From IMG/VR virus record IMGVR_UViG_2602041664_000001, positions 18,872-82,871 of that record: 64,000 bases of DNA. One strand, given 5' to 3'. Numbering within the stretch: the stretch's first letter is position 1; each line of letters begins with the position of its first letter. This DNA is from a virus. Its lineage: Duplodnaviria > Caudoviricetes. Position numbers and translations under genes: made by a program. Positions 34,834 through 45,634 of the stretch are shown here, piece after piece. Under the pieces are notes generated by a model. It saw nothing but the letters and a program-made list of their open reading frames with translations, had not been told where the DNA came from and did not search any database.

Positions 34834-37788
34834 ATGACAGAAGCAAGCGCAAGTAATTATTGGATTAGTTCCACGGCTTTGAGTATAACGCTTAATGCTA
34901 TGGGTGATGCTGACTATATTCAGGCAAATGTAGCCAGTGGTGCTATGATAATGTGTTATATGCGTAACATAGACGGATTGGGCTATGATGCAGGACATAA
35001 CTATCGCCGTTGGAATTTGATAGCCAACCCAACTTATTTCAATTCTACGACCGAGAAATATGTCTATGCTGCTATCCCCCGCAAGCAGCAAGAGAATGGC
35101 ACGGCATTGATTGTGTTCCCTTCTGAGCGTGTTGATATTTATGGTAAGTCAGCCACTGAAGTTCAGCTTGGCTCTGAAGATTATTATTACATCTTCCTCG
35201 GTGGTGTTATCAGTCCTTCGGTTGTTGGCGGTGTGTTGCAAAACAGAACGTGGACACAACGCGTTGATACCGGTAAATTGGCTTCTGACGAAGCTATCGC
35301 TGCTGGCGGTGATAATACTTGGTGGCTCTATAGTGCTGTTGATGATACGGTGACTTTCTTGAAGGCTATTGTTCGTGCCGCATTCGATAATATCGAGGCT
35401 AAGTATGCGACCGTAAAGAACCTTATTATCGGTGGAGAAACTTTGACGGGTGTCGCTAATAATGAAACGCCAAAAAACTCTCGTGTCGACGTGGTTACGC
35501 CTGACTATCTTTTTGGTAATTCTGATGCTCGATATATCCGTAAGGATATTGATGATAGGGTTTCTTCTATACTTACTTTTCTTAATGGCGTTCACTTTGG
35601 CGATGACTTTGAGAAAGATCTTCGTGGTGCTGGCATTTATCGCGACGAACAAGGAAGTTGGCATATCGACACTGATTATATTCACGCACGCAAGAAGCTG
35701 ACAGCAGAAGAGGTGGAGATAATGAAGACCTCCCACATCAAAGGAAAGGTCGTGAACTCTGCTGGCGGCTTTGTCATTTCACGAATAGAGAAGATAAATG
35801 GTGCATGGCGGTGTTTCTTTGTTCAGCAGGATAGTGAAGGGCGTAGGGTGTATAACTCCATGCTTAAGGACGACTTGGCTCTTTGCGAGACGTTTAATCT
35901 TATTGACAATAACGGACAAACAGCTAATCACTACTGGTATAGGCGTGTTACTGCTGTCGGTACTGATTACGTAGATATTGCTGACAATACGAATGTAGAT
36001 TACTATGCGAGTGGTAGCGATGTTCCACAGGTGGGTGACGAGGTTGTGCAGCTTGGCAACCTCACAGTCAAAGAACGTCAGAGTGCTATTATTCAGTCAG
36101 CAGCAGGAGAGGGTAGTCCGTACTTTAAGATTATAAAGGGCATCAATAGTTTTATCCTCCCTGATCCTATCTTCTTATTTGATAAGCAGAACTTCGAGAT
36201 ACGTGTCGAGAACCCAGCTAATCGTGGTGAGTATATCCCTCTGCAAAACTTCTTGGAGACGATGCAAGGACGTCTCAATGCTGTTCAGCAGCAATCAGAT
36301 AAGCAACTGGTTATTTGGTTTGGTGACGTGGTACCAACGCTCACCAGTGAACCCGCTAACGAGTGGACGGACGATGAAACGAAAGAAATGCACGAGCATG
36401 ATGTATATTACAATCGCTCGTATGCTGAAACTGGTGGCGGTCGTGCTTATTCTTTCGAGAAGAATCCAGACGGCTCTTTCTCTTGGCACGAGATTACAGA
36501 TGCTGATGTCCTCAAATCATTAGAAGCAGCAAAGCGAGCACAAGATACGGCAGACGGTAAGCGTAGAGTTTTCGTGCAAGCCGTACCAGTTCCTCCATAC
36601 GATAAAGGCGACCAGTGGAGTAATGCTACCTTCGAAGATAAGTATAACAATGATTTGCTTGTTTGTGTTCGCCCGAAAGCGACTGGCGAGTCTTTCGATA
36701 TTGAGGATTGGACTTCTGCACAACACTACACCACGAAGCAGTTTCAGGCAGAGTTTAACGTGGGGGGAAATAGTATCTCTGCCGTTGTTCGTGACCTTTC
36801 TACAGGTCTTAAGCGTGTCGGATTCAATCTTGACGGTGAGAATAGCACCTTTGACATTGTTGCAGACACATTCAAGGTCACGACTACAACGGGCAAAGTC
36901 CCGTTCTTTACCAGTAACGGAAAGCTAAACGCTTACTTTATTGATGCAAAGTCAATAGTAACTGAAGGCATCAAGGCTCAGACTATCGATGCAAAAGGAG
37001 CTACATTTCAGAATATCACCGTTACTGGTGAAAGTAAATTCGGGGGTGAGCTTGATGGAGCAAGCGGAACATTTAAGGTTCTTAGATGTCTTAACAGCAA
37101 CAGAGAACCTACTGGTGGTATTTATTTTGAGGAAAGAGGAAGCCAAGCTATTATGGCAATTGAGGGCGATTTGGGTATGCGTAAGAACGTTGAGGGAAAA
37201 TTTCGTAAACGCCTGCCACGCTTCTATGCTAAAGATGTTTGGTGTCAAGGACAGTTCGGGCATTATGCTAAGATTTGTGCTGTCGTTAAAGATGATATGA
37301 TGTACGTTCATCATGGTGGGCATATTGAGACAAATGGAGTAAAAGTACAGTTGCCTACCGTAACTGTAAAAAGTGGTGGAAGTGATATCGTCTGCTATAA
37401 AATTCCATTATATGCACCGGGCTATCATGGAGCAGATGGAGATAACGGAGTTGTGAGGGATGTTGATAATCCTGCCTTACATCCGGGTCTTACTGATTTT
37501 GAAAGAGAGATTCCTTATGGTGCTCCTATTGACATGGTAATCTTTAACTGCGAACAACCTCACAGTTATGTCTTCTTTGAAATGGGATATGGCAAAGAAT
37601 GGGTAGTGTTTAATGGCAAAGACAATGTTGAAGTTTATATCTGTGATCATCGAGAGATTAGAAAACTTGATGGTGGTTGGGTGAGTCACTATTTATATGT
37701 TAATCCGTTATGGCTTACTCCATCTAAGAGCAAAGAAACTCCGGGAGCAGGTATTATTTACACAGGTACAGTTGATTTTGACTGGTAA
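34834..37788 (+). CDS. Tail spike/fibre-type structural protein
   Basis: 984 aa; SDVPQVGDEVVQLGN...RQSAII and AQDTADGKRRVF...PPYDKGD motifs of Bacteroidetes phage tail proteins. Confidence 0.75.
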   Translation: MTEASASNYWISSTALSITLNAMGDADYIQANVASGAMIMCYMRNIDGLGYDAGHNYRRWNLIANPTYFNSTTEKYVYAAIPRKQQENGTALIVFPSERVDIYGKSATEVQLGSEDYYYIFLGGVISPSVVGGVLQNRTWTQRVDTGKLASDEAIAAGGDNTWWLYSAVDDTVTFLKAIVRAAFDNIEAKYATVKNLIIGGETLTGVANNETPKNSRVDVVTPDYLFGNSDARYIRKDIDDRVSSILTFLNGVHFGDDFEKDLRGAGIYRDEQGSWHIDTDYIHARKKLTAEEVEIMKTSHIKGKVVNSAGGFVISRIEKINGAWRCFFVQQDSEGRRVYNSMLKDDLALCETFNLIDNNGQTANHYWYRRVTAVGTDYVDIADNTNVDYYASGSDVPQVGDEVVQLGNLTVKERQSAIIQSAAGEGSPYFKIIKGINSFILPDPIFLFDKQNFEIRVENPANRGEYIPLQNFLETMQGRLNAVQQQSDKQLVIWFGDVVPTLTSEPANEWTDDETKEMHEHDVYYNRSYAETGGGRAYSFEKNPDGSFSWHEITDADVLKSLEAAKRAQDTADGKRRVFVQAVPVPPYDKGDQWSNATFEDKYNNDLLVCVRPKATGESFDIEDWTSAQHYTTKQFQAEFNVGGNSISAVVRDLSTGLKRVGFNLDGENSTFDIVADTFKVTTTTGKVPFFTSNGKLNAYFIDAKSIVTEGIKAQTIDAKGATFQNITVTGESKFGGELDGASGTFKVLRCLNSNREPTGGIYFEERGSQAIMAIEGDLGMRKNVEGKFRKRLPRFYAKDVWCQGQFGHYAKICAVVKDDMMYVHHGGHIETNGVKVQLPTVTVKSGGSDIVCYKIPLYAPGYHGADGDNGVVRDVDNPALHPGLTDFEREIPYGAPIDMVIFNCEQPHSYVFFEMGYGKEWVVFNGKDNVEVYICDHREIRKLDGGWVSHYLYVNPLWLTPSKSKETPGAGIIYTGTVDFDW

Positions 37789-37809
37789 TTATTTATAAAC
37801 AAAAGAGAA

Positions 37810-38094
37810 ATGAAGAATTTTTTAGATTGTGTTTACAGGATTTTTAGGAAGATCGCTACTATTGGTAGCGACAAGTACTTACACCTCATTGCAGGTCTTA
37901 TCGTAGCCTTCGTGCTTGGTAGGCTGTTGGCAAACGTTGAAGCGTGGGCATTTCCTGCAATTACGGGTGTCTTGCTACTGATGGTAGCGAAGGAGTGTGT
38001 TGATTATTACCTCCGTGATGAGCAGTTCGACTTGAAGGACGTAGCTGCTGGTCTGGTGGGTGCAGTTGTCGGAGTAATACTTTGCTTATTATGA
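37810..38094 (+). CDS. Small membrane protein (lysis cassette)
   Basis: DKYLH, KE and D motifs with 3 TM segments. Confidence 0.7.
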   Translation: MKNFLDCVYRIFRKIATIGSDKYLHLIAGLIVAFVLGRLLANVEAWAFPAITGVLLLMVAKECVDYYLRDEQFDLKDVAAGLVGAVVGVILCLL

Positions 38095-38582
38095 ATTACC
38101 TTGAACAATTCAAATACGTAATGTGTAGTGTCATCAGCGGAATGCTGAGCTTGTTTTTCCCGATACGTGATTTCATGTATGCAATGTTGATTGTGTTCGG
38201 TGTCAACTATATCTTTGGATTAGTTGCAGGGCTGAAACATGGCGAGGACTGGAACTTGAAAAAGTCAATGGTATTCTTTTATCATTGTTGTTTGTTCTTC
38301 GTAATGTCAGCTTCTATCTTCATTACCGGCTATTTCCTCCACGCTGGAGAAGAGACACTCGGAGTTGTAAAGGCATTGTGCGGTGTGGCGATTTGGTTTT
38401 ACTCAACGAATATCGTCCGTAACTGGAGGATGATGCTTGTCGAGAATACTACGATGTGGAAAGTAGCCGGCTTTGTTTATTACGTTCTGACACTGAAAGC
38501 AATCGACAAAGTGCCGTTCCTTAGCGAGTATCTTAAGAGCTCGCACGTTGATGTAGATGATGATAAACCAAAATTTGATTAG
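38091..38582 (+). CDS. Putative holin
   Basis: Multiple TM helices, charged C-terminus, directly upstream of the endolysin. Confidence 0.7.
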   Translation: MNYLEQFKYVMCSVISGMLSLFFPIRDFMYAMLIVFGVNYIFGLVAGLKHGEDWNLKKSMVFFYHCCLFFVMSASIFITGYFLHAGEETLGVVKALCGVAIWFYSTNIVRNWRMMLVENTTMWKVAGFVYYVLTLKAIDKVPFLSEYLKSSHVDVDDDKPKFD

Positions 38583-38584
38583 AC

Positions 38585-39037
38585 ATGGCAAATTTTTCGA
38601 TAGCGGAGCTGGTACAATCCTGCACCGCTGAACAATTAAAGATAAACAATAACCCTCCTTCTATTGTGAGGGTTCATCTAACAGAGACGATTACGCTCTT
38701 AGAGTGCATCCGTGCGGAGTGGGCAGAATATTGCGAGCGTCACGACCTCGGTACTCCTGCTATACGCATTACAAGTGGCTATCGCTCACCAGAATTGAAC
38801 AAGGCTGTAGGAGGTGTGAAAAACTCTGCTCATGTCACAGGATATGCCGCAGACTTGCAGCCTGTCAATGGTAAGCAGGATGAGTTTGAACGTTTCTTTG
38901 TGACAGAGTTCTCGCGGATGGGGTATGCTTACGACCAAATCATCGTCGAGAGGTCTAAGTCCTCTCGCTGGGTGCATGTAGGGTTTAAGCGTGCTGATGG
39001 AAAGCAGCGCAGACAATGTTTCACATTAAATGTATAG
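38585..39037 (+). CDS. Endolysin, peptidase M15 family
   Basis: ITSGYRSPELNKAVGG...SAH...AADL...WVHV. Confidence 0.9.
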   Translation: MANFSIAELVQSCTAEQLKINNNPPSIVRVHLTETITLLECIRAEWAEYCERHDLGTPAIRITSGYRSPELNKAVGGVKNSAHVTGYAADLQPVNGKQDEFERFFVTEFSRMGYAYDQIIVERSKSSRWVHVGFKRADGKQRRQCFTLNV

Positions 39038-39039
39038 TT

Positions 39040-39585
39040 ATGGACGACAAAGAAATTAAATACTACGTGTATTCAATATTAACCCTCATAGGGTTACTTG
39101 TACTTACGGCTCTCTGCCTTACAAGCTGTTCTCATAGAGTGTATGTCCCTGTGCAGTCTATTCGCACAGATACTATCTACATGTCAAGGAAGGATAGCGT
39201 ACATATCAAGGATAGCTTAATCACTCGGCAAGTGATTAACATCCGTGATAGTGTCGCTATTCATGACAGCGTTGTCATCATCAAGGACGAGCAAGGCAAC
39301 GTCAAGGAACGGCTTATAGTTCGTTATCGTGACCGCTGGCATGCGACACAGGACAATCTGATGCTTCAAAGAATGATTGACCGCTACAAGGCGAGCAATG
39401 ACAGCCTACGTGCTACCAAGAAGGAACACATCGAGGTTCCTAAGGTCATTGAGCGAGAACTAAGCCGGTGGCAGAAAATCAAGATGGATGTAGGCGGATG
39501 GGTAATAGGTGCTCTCTCTGCTACTCTGTTAGCTGCTATTGCTTATATCATTATATTGCTTCTGAAAAAGTATAGACGGATTTAA
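39040..39585 (+). CDS. Lipoprotein with C-terminal TM helix, probable spanin
   Basis: LTSC lipobox, D-S/T-I/V repeats, C-terminal TM; after the endolysin. Confidence 0.65.
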   Translation: MDDKEIKYYVYSILTLIGLLVLTALCLTSCSHRVYVPVQSIRTDTIYMSRKDSVHIKDSLITRQVINIRDSVAIHDSVVIIKDEQGNVKERLIVRYRDRWHATQDNLMLQRMIDRYKASNDSLRATKKEHIEVPKVIERELSRWQKIKMDVGGWVIGALSATLLAAIAYIIILLLKKYRRI

Positions 39586-39806
39586 TGAAGCATATCAAGC
39601 TACATCTCACAGAGAGCCGTACGAAAGATAACCGTTTCGCACAAGCATCTATCCGTGGCATTGAAGACAATACGGGTGAGAATTTTACGAGTTCTCACCC
39701 TAAACTCCTTCAAGACATCATTTGTCATGCGCTATCTCTTGCGCACGGTGTCGAGATAGAGGGCAACAACGGTTTTACATACACATTCCCATTCAGATTA
39801 TCATAA
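39585..39806 (+). CDS. Hypothetical protein
   Basis: 73-aa ORF, coupled. Confidence 0.6.
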   Translation: MKHIKLHLTESRTKDNRFAQASIRGIEDNTGENFTSSHPKLLQDIICHALSLAHGVEIEGNNGFTYTFPFRLS

Positions 39807-39807
39807 C

Positions 39808-42800
39808 ATGGCGATAGAGAAGTTATACTTAGAACACAAACAGACAGGCGGACGACTGACCGCTGAGGAGTTTAACAAATTGCCTGAAAAGGTCAACGAG
39901 TTAATCGACGCACAGAACTCCGAGGAGGAACGTGTGAAGAAGACGATTGCAAAGAATCGTCCTACGCTTGGGCAACTCTCAAACGTGAATAGCGAGACAG
40001 ACGAACTCACATCCGAGACGTGTGTACTCGTATGGAATGGCGACGAGTGGGGCCCTATGAAGCTGTCTGAACTTAATATTGGGCAAGGTGGCGGAGGACA
40101 ACAGCAATCTATTCTCTATTATCTCCGTGCCATCAATCAGTCGCCTTCTACTACGCTATCGGCCTCTAAGTCAGCAGGTGAGTGTGCTATTCGATTTATG
40201 TTCGTGTCACGCACTAAGGATTTTGGGCAGGCTGATTATGTTGACTCTGGCGAATGGGGAACGTACGAAATATTCGCCAAAGCAGGTGATGGTACTTTCG
40301 TCAGTAAGGCTCGTGGTCGCTGTCAGTCGAACACAGTTACGACTGTTGATGTATTCAAGTTCCTTGAGAGCGGACAAAATAACATCATGGTAAAGATTAC
40401 AGGTGAGGTGACAGGACAAACCTCTCCTGCGTTAGTCTATTCAATCACACTGTCTGCCCTCTTCCTTTCTATTTCTGAGTTTAACTGGTGGAAGGCTTAT
40501 CAAGGCGACATTGTCTTGCCGTGTTACATTAGCGGTAACATCTCTAAGACGCTTCATGTGAAGATAACAGGTGAAGGCTACGAGCAGACGTATGAGCGTC
40601 AGTTCGGTACTGCAACTTACACATCTTCCCCTGTCGCTTACACCGTGCCATTTACGAATAAGACTGGTATCTTCCATCTCTCTGCTTGGCTATCAAATGA
40701 AGACAACACCGTGCAAACTACGCCAGTAGGCTACGACTTTATGGCGGTAGCTAATAACGAGGCTGTGAAGATGGTCGTTGTTAATAATAAGGCAGAGAAA
40801 CTGCTGAACTGGTATGAAAATAAGGTGTTGGAGTACGCTGTATATGACGGCAAGGCTGTTACGACACCGCTGTCAATCCTGATGAAGAAGGATAACGAGG
40901 TCCTTCAAGAGAATGTTTCTGAGAATACTCTGACACAAACAAAGATGCAATACACCCTTTCGCTTGAGGTTGAGACTATAGACAACTCCGACTTTACAGC
41001 GTTAATTGGGTTCAAAACTCACCCAACTGACGAGGTGCGTTTGCGTGACGCTATTCCTTTCCCAGTGGATAACTCGCAAGGTTACTCTGCAACAGCTGGA
41101 GCGGTATTCTATTTGAATGCTAAGAACAGAAACAACACCGACACCGACCGTAATATCCTCCGTAATCTCATCAATACCGAGCATATCGGTGCTGAGTGGC
41201 AGAGCGTTGCCTTCTCACGTGACGGCTGGGTGACGGACGATGAGGGTGCACGCACATTGCGACTGCTCGCTGGTTCTCGATTGACAATAGATTACAAGCC
41301 ATTTGAGAAGGAAGCTGCTCAAAGCGGTAAGACTATCGAGATAGACTATCAGATTAATAACACCTCTGATTACGATGCTGAGTGTATCTCTATTGCAATG
41401 CCTTATCAGAAGGGTTATATCGGATTGAAGGTGAAGCCTTCTTCTATTATGTTCGCAACTCGTAGCGAGCGTAATCCTGATGTGCAGGCAATGAGCACAG
41501 ATGATGGTGTGCGTATTCGCCTGGCACTCGTGATTAGTCCTAAGAAGTACACTTATGTACTGAATGGAAACACGTATTACCTTAACCTCGTCTATCTCTA
41601 TATTGACGGCATTGAAGCTCGTAAGTTCGCCTACTTGCTTACCGATTCTATGCAGATAGGTTCAGGCGGTGGTATCGTTATAGGATCTGATAAGGCTGAT
41701 GTCGATTTGTACTCTATTCGCATTTATGACAGTGCAATGGACGCAGCTAATGTTCATCAAGATTATATCAATGCTCTTGCAACCGTAGGAGAGAAGAGTG
41801 CCGAGAAATTGGATAATGACATCTACGACACGCTCGGTACCACAGTCGACTTTGACAAGGTCCGTGGCAAGGTGAACGTATTTACATTTGATAAGCCACT
41901 CCCAGCGTATGAGTATGGTAAATCATATAGACCTAAAGGCACGCTTGAGATATATCCGAAAGATGGTAATACCAACCTTAACCGCTTGACAATTACCAAC
42001 CTTCAATTACAAGGTCAAGGTACATCTTCTATGCTTTACTATCTTTGGAATTGGAAAGCAAAAGTAGCTAAGGATACTACTATTGTATATGAGGATGGTC
42101 AGACAGCGCAGAAGAAGTTTGAATTATTCAAGAACCTGCCTAAAATCTCTAAGCTGACAGCAAAGAAAAACATCGCTTCTTCTATGCAATATCACAAGTT
42201 AGGTTCTGTGAACTCATATACCGACCTATGGAAGGCGGTAGGATTAACTAACGAGGGTATCGAGCAGGATAGCGAAGCACGAGTGTCTATTTACCAAGAG
42301 ACATTCGTTGGCTTTGAGAAACAGACAGCAGAAGACGGTACTGTTACGTACAAGTTTGTCGGTCTGTTTACACTCGGTCCAGACAAAGGAGATTCTGCAA
42401 CCTTCGGATATGATAAGGACCTTTTCCCCGACCTCTTATCTATTGAAGGCTCTGATAACTCTCCACGCTTGACGCTCTTTCAAGTACCTTGGGACAAAAG
42501 GCGCATCCGCTACAATGCGGAGGAAGAAGCATACCAGTACCAAGTCTCTGAACTCTCTTGGGAGAATTGCTGGGATTTGGACTATGCCGACCTCCCAGCG
42601 GATGATAAGTCAACAGCAGATGATGAGACCCGCCAGCGAGCAGAGCAGCTCGTTGAATCGTATATCACTGCTTATAACATCGTATATCAGTGCAATACTT
42701 TCATTGAGCCTTTCAATGGTACACTTGACGAACTAAATGCTGACCCTCATTCAACACACATTGAGTATTGGATTGCAAAGGCTGGTGATCCAAACCAATA

Positions 42801-43116
42801 CAACCTATATTATTACGACTCGCTTTACAAGAAGTTCTGCCCGTCGACACTCGATAGCGGTGTATCGGTGGTTAATCTTCGACAGCAGTTAGTCGGAGAT
42901 AAGTACGGATTGACTGAGACGATATTTAGCTCAGTTAGTGACGCAGCCCAGCTCAATGAGTTATTCAAGTCTGCACGTATTCAGAAGTTCCGTGCTGAGC
43001 AATCCCAATACTGGGACATCACAGATACCTTATATCATCAACTATATGTTGAAGCGGTGGCAGCGACCGATAACTGCGCAAAGAATACTTATCCTTATTG
43101 TTTTAACGAAGAATAA
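39808..43116 (+). CDS. Large tail fibre/adhesin, N-terminal part (Ig-like, LamG-like, start of CotH-like region)
   Basis: 1102 aa; YLYIDG...IVIGSDKADVDLYSIRIYD (LamG-like), QGTSS, DNCAKNTY. Confidence 0.75.
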   Translation: MAIEKLYLEHKQTGGRLTAEEFNKLPEKVNELIDAQNSEEERVKKTIAKNRPTLGQLSNVNSETDELTSETCVLVWNGDEWGPMKLSELNIGQGGGGQQQSILYYLRAINQSPSTTLSASKSAGECAIRFMFVSRTKDFGQADYVDSGEWGTYEIFAKAGDGTFVSKARGRCQSNTVTTVDVFKFLESGQNNIMVKITGEVTGQTSPALVYSITLSALFLSISEFNWWKAYQGDIVLPCYISGNISKTLHVKITGEGYEQTYERQFGTATYTSSPVAYTVPFTNKTGIFHLSAWLSNEDNTVQTTPVGYDFMAVANNEAVKMVVVNNKAEKLLNWYENKVLEYAVYDGKAVTTPLSILMKKDNEVLQENVSENTLTQTKMQYTLSLEVETIDNSDFTALIGFKTHPTDEVRLRDAIPFPVDNSQGYSATAGAVFYLNAKNRNNTDTDRNILRNLINTEHIGAEWQSVAFSRDGWVTDDEGARTLRLLAGSRLTIDYKPFEKEAAQSGKTIEIDYQINNTSDYDAECISIAMPYQKGYIGLKVKPSSIMFATRSERNPDVQAMSTDDGVRIRLALVISPKKYTYVLNGNTYYLNLVYLYIDGIEARKFAYLLTDSMQIGSGGGIVIGSDKADVDLYSIRIYDSAMDAANVHQDYINALATVGEKSAEKLDNDIYDTLGTTVDFDKVRGKVNVFTFDKPLPAYEYGKSYRPKGTLEIYPKDGNTNLNRLTITNLQLQGQGTSSMLYYLWNWKAKVAKDTTIVYEDGQTAQKKFELFKNLPKISKLTAKKNIASSMQYHKLGSVNSYTDLWKAVGLTNEGIEQDSEARVSIYQETFVGFEKQTAEDGTVTYKFVGLFTLGPDKGDSATFGYDKDLFPDLLSIEGSDNSPRLTLFQVPWDKRRIRYNAEEEAYQYQVSELSWENCWDLDYADLPADDKSTADDETRQRAEQLVESYITAYNIVYQCNTFIEPFNGTLDELNADPHSTHIEYWIAKAGDPNQYNLYYYDSLYKKFCPSTLDSGVSVVNLRQQLVGDKYGLTETIFSSVSDAAQLNELFKSARIQKFRAEQSQYWDITDTLYHQLYVEAVAATDNCAKNTYPYCFNEE

Positions 43117-43118
43117 AT

Positions 43119-45167
43119 ATGGCAAAAAGCAAATGGAAATTCAGACAAGATGACCTCGATACTATCTTCACGGTCATTAACCAAGGATTGATGAAGAAAC
43201 CCTACTCGGTGGAATATCACGATACATACGATGATGGTACACCTGTTTGGAACGGTGAGAAATCCGTACTATGGAATCTTATGGAGCAGGCATATCCCGA
43301 AGAGCGTGCGCAGATGATGCGCAGAATGCTTGCGAAGATGGAGGAACTCGGAGGGTTGCAGAAAGGATCACACCAGCAGAAGCTCTTTGCATTCTTTGCT
43401 AAGTACTATTTTTCTGTGATTGATAAATTCTCATCTATGCTCTACAATGAAGATGGCAAGCTATATGAGAAGATGAAGCTCGCTATGCTACAGGGAACAT
43501 ACACGAACGATACCGACCCACTCGGTCAGTCGCTCGGTGATGGGCAATCACCCGAGGTTGCGTGGGTAAAGAAGCGCATTCAATACCTTATGTCTAAGTA
43601 TTCCTTCGGAGATTATGATGCCAAGACTGCTGAAGGTGCGATTACTGTTCGTACATCAGCACAGGCGGATGCAACAACTAACTCTATTACCTTACGTTTG
43701 ACACCTGCAATGAAATTGTACCCTACTATTGCGTACGGTACCACAATTATGCGTGGTGCTCGCACAGATGCAGGTAAGCCTTGTGAGATAGTTGTCGATA
43801 TCAACGGCACGTCCGACCAGCAGCTATCAGTTAAATCAGCAGACTACCTGCTCGATATTGGCGATTGGTCATCATACGTCATTAATGGTGCGCTCTCTAT
43901 CATTGGTAAGCGACTCAAGCGATTGAAGCTCGGTGATGAGAAAGAACAGAAGGTGAAGATACTAATATCTTCGCTCACGCTCGGCAATACAACATCCTTA
44001 GAGGAGATAGATATTCAGAACATATCTACCCTCGGAGGTGCGCTCGATATGCGTGGGAACTTCCGCTTGCGTAAGTTCCTCGCTGGTGGTTCCTCGCTCA
44101 CCGAAGCACACTTTGCAGATGGTGCTGCACTCGAGGAGGTCGACTATCCAGCTACGACATCATACGTGGAATTAAAGAACCTCGATAAACTCACGAACGA
44201 GCACTGCGACACAGAAGCGTGCGCTCCTAATGTAATGAGTTACTTTGTTAGCGGGTGTGACAATCTCCAGCCGATTAAAATGCTCATTGGAATAATGGAT
44301 GCACAGGTTGGGCAAGTTCCTCATGCTCTGCGTTACGTGCGCTGTGTCGGTTTCAATGAGACTTTCACGGACGGACGAGCATTCGATAAACTCTCCCAGT
44401 TAGTCGATGGAACATATCAAGGAATCGATGCAGAGGGTCAGTACGGCAACGACCCCTACCCAGTTCTCGACGGCACTATCAATCTCTCCACAGGTGCATA
44501 TCGTGATACCTACGATGCACTTATGACGCACTATCCTAAGCTCAAGCTGAACATCGCTAAGTGGTGGATTCGCTTCGAAGACCCAGAGGTGAAGCGAATC
44601 TGTGTTGAGAATTGGGACAAAGACGGTGATGGCGAGCTCTCTATGGAGGAAGCCGCTTCAGTTAGTTCCATCGGGACTATCTTTAGGGGTAACATAAAGA
44701 TTAAAGACTTCTCCGCATTCACTTTTTTCACAGAAATAAAGGGAAACGAAGGGGGTATTTTTGATGGATGTAAGAATCTTGAAAAAATAGCAATACCTAC
44801 GGGATATACACTACAACATACGATGTTCTCTAATTGTATTCGTCTAAAAGAAGTAATCTTTCCAGTCAACATGAAGTCTTCACCAGTCTTATACGAGACC
44901 TTTTCACACTGTATAGCACTCAAAGTTCTTGATTTCCCTGAGACGTTTACAGGCATCATTAACTCAGGAACCTTCAGAGGTGTTACTGCTATACTTATAT
45001 TCAGGGCGCAGACTGTTGTGAAATTCGAACGATATGCAGGTTGGCCATTTTTTTACAAAGGCAACAACATCTATGTACCTGATAGTTTGGTAGAGAAATA
45101 TAAGATTACTGACGGCTGGAATGATAAATCAGAATGTATTAAGCCTCTCAGTGAGTATCAAGGGTGA
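43119..45167 (+). CDS. Tail fibre/receptor-binding protein with exchangeable C-terminal BspA-like LRR cassette
   Basis: FEDPEVKRICVENWDKDGDGELS..EA..V-SIGT then LRR and IYVPD..PLSEY; crossover site at 44668. Confidence 0.85.
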   Translation: MAKSKWKFRQDDLDTIFTVINQGLMKKPYSVEYHDTYDDGTPVWNGEKSVLWNLMEQAYPEERAQMMRRMLAKMEELGGLQKGSHQQKLFAFFAKYYFSVIDKFSSMLYNEDGKLYEKMKLAMLQGTYTNDTDPLGQSLGDGQSPEVAWVKKRIQYLMSKYSFGDYDAKTAEGAITVRTSAQADATTNSITLRLTPAMKLYPTIAYGTTIMRGARTDAGKPCEIVVDINGTSDQQLSVKSADYLLDIGDWSSYVINGALSIIGKRLKRLKLGDEKEQKVKILISSLTLGNTTSLEEIDIQNISTLGGALDMRGNFRLRKFLAGGSSLTEAHFADGAALEEVDYPATTSYVELKNLDKLTNEHCDTEACAPNVMSYFVSGCDNLQPIKMLIGIMDAQVGQVPHALRYVRCVGFNETFTDGRAFDKLSQLVDGTYQGIDAEGQYGNDPYPVLDGTINLSTGAYRDTYDALMTHYPKLKLNIAKWWIRFEDPEVKRICVENWDKDGDGELSMEEAASVSSIGTIFRGNIKIKDFSAFTFFTEIKGNEGGIFDGCKNLEKIAIPTGYTLQHTMFSNCIRLKEVIFPVNMKSSPVLYETFSHCIALKVLDFPETFTGIINSGTFRGVTAILIFRAQTVVKFERYAGWPFFYKGNNIYVPDSLVEKYKITDGWNDKSECIKPLSEYQG

Positions 45168-45598
45168 TACTCGCTAAGGGGTCGGATTAATTTTGCTAAC
45201 CAGAATCTACTATACTCTTGCTTGTATTGTGTAATGGTTGAATCTGGCACATAGATATACTTTAAATTCTCATTTAGAGCATGAATAGAGGAATTATTAA
45301 TTTTAGGAGGAGTTTCAGGCAAAAGAATAATAGTTGTAAGCTTCTCATTCCTTATTATAGATTCTCCCAATATTTCCCTTACATTAGCTGGTATTGTAAT
45401 CTCTTTTAATCCCGTATTATAAAATGACTGATAAGATAATATAACAAGAGAATTAGGAAGCTCTATCGTTTCTAAATTTGTGCAATTTGAAAAGGAAACG
45501 TACCTTGAAACGACTCCTCCTAACACTTTAAGGCCTGTAAATAATTTGAAACCTCTAAAACTTGTTATCTGTTTGTTATTTGCGAACATAGTCCCGAT
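45158..45598 (-). other. Silent shufflon cassette 2 (IGTMFANNK...PLSEYHP)
   Basis: Open frame from the recombination site to the stop; LRR. Confidence 0.85.
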
Positions 45599-45634
45599 GG
45601 GATTAAGACAGTATTTGAACATCGTTTTAATCCC

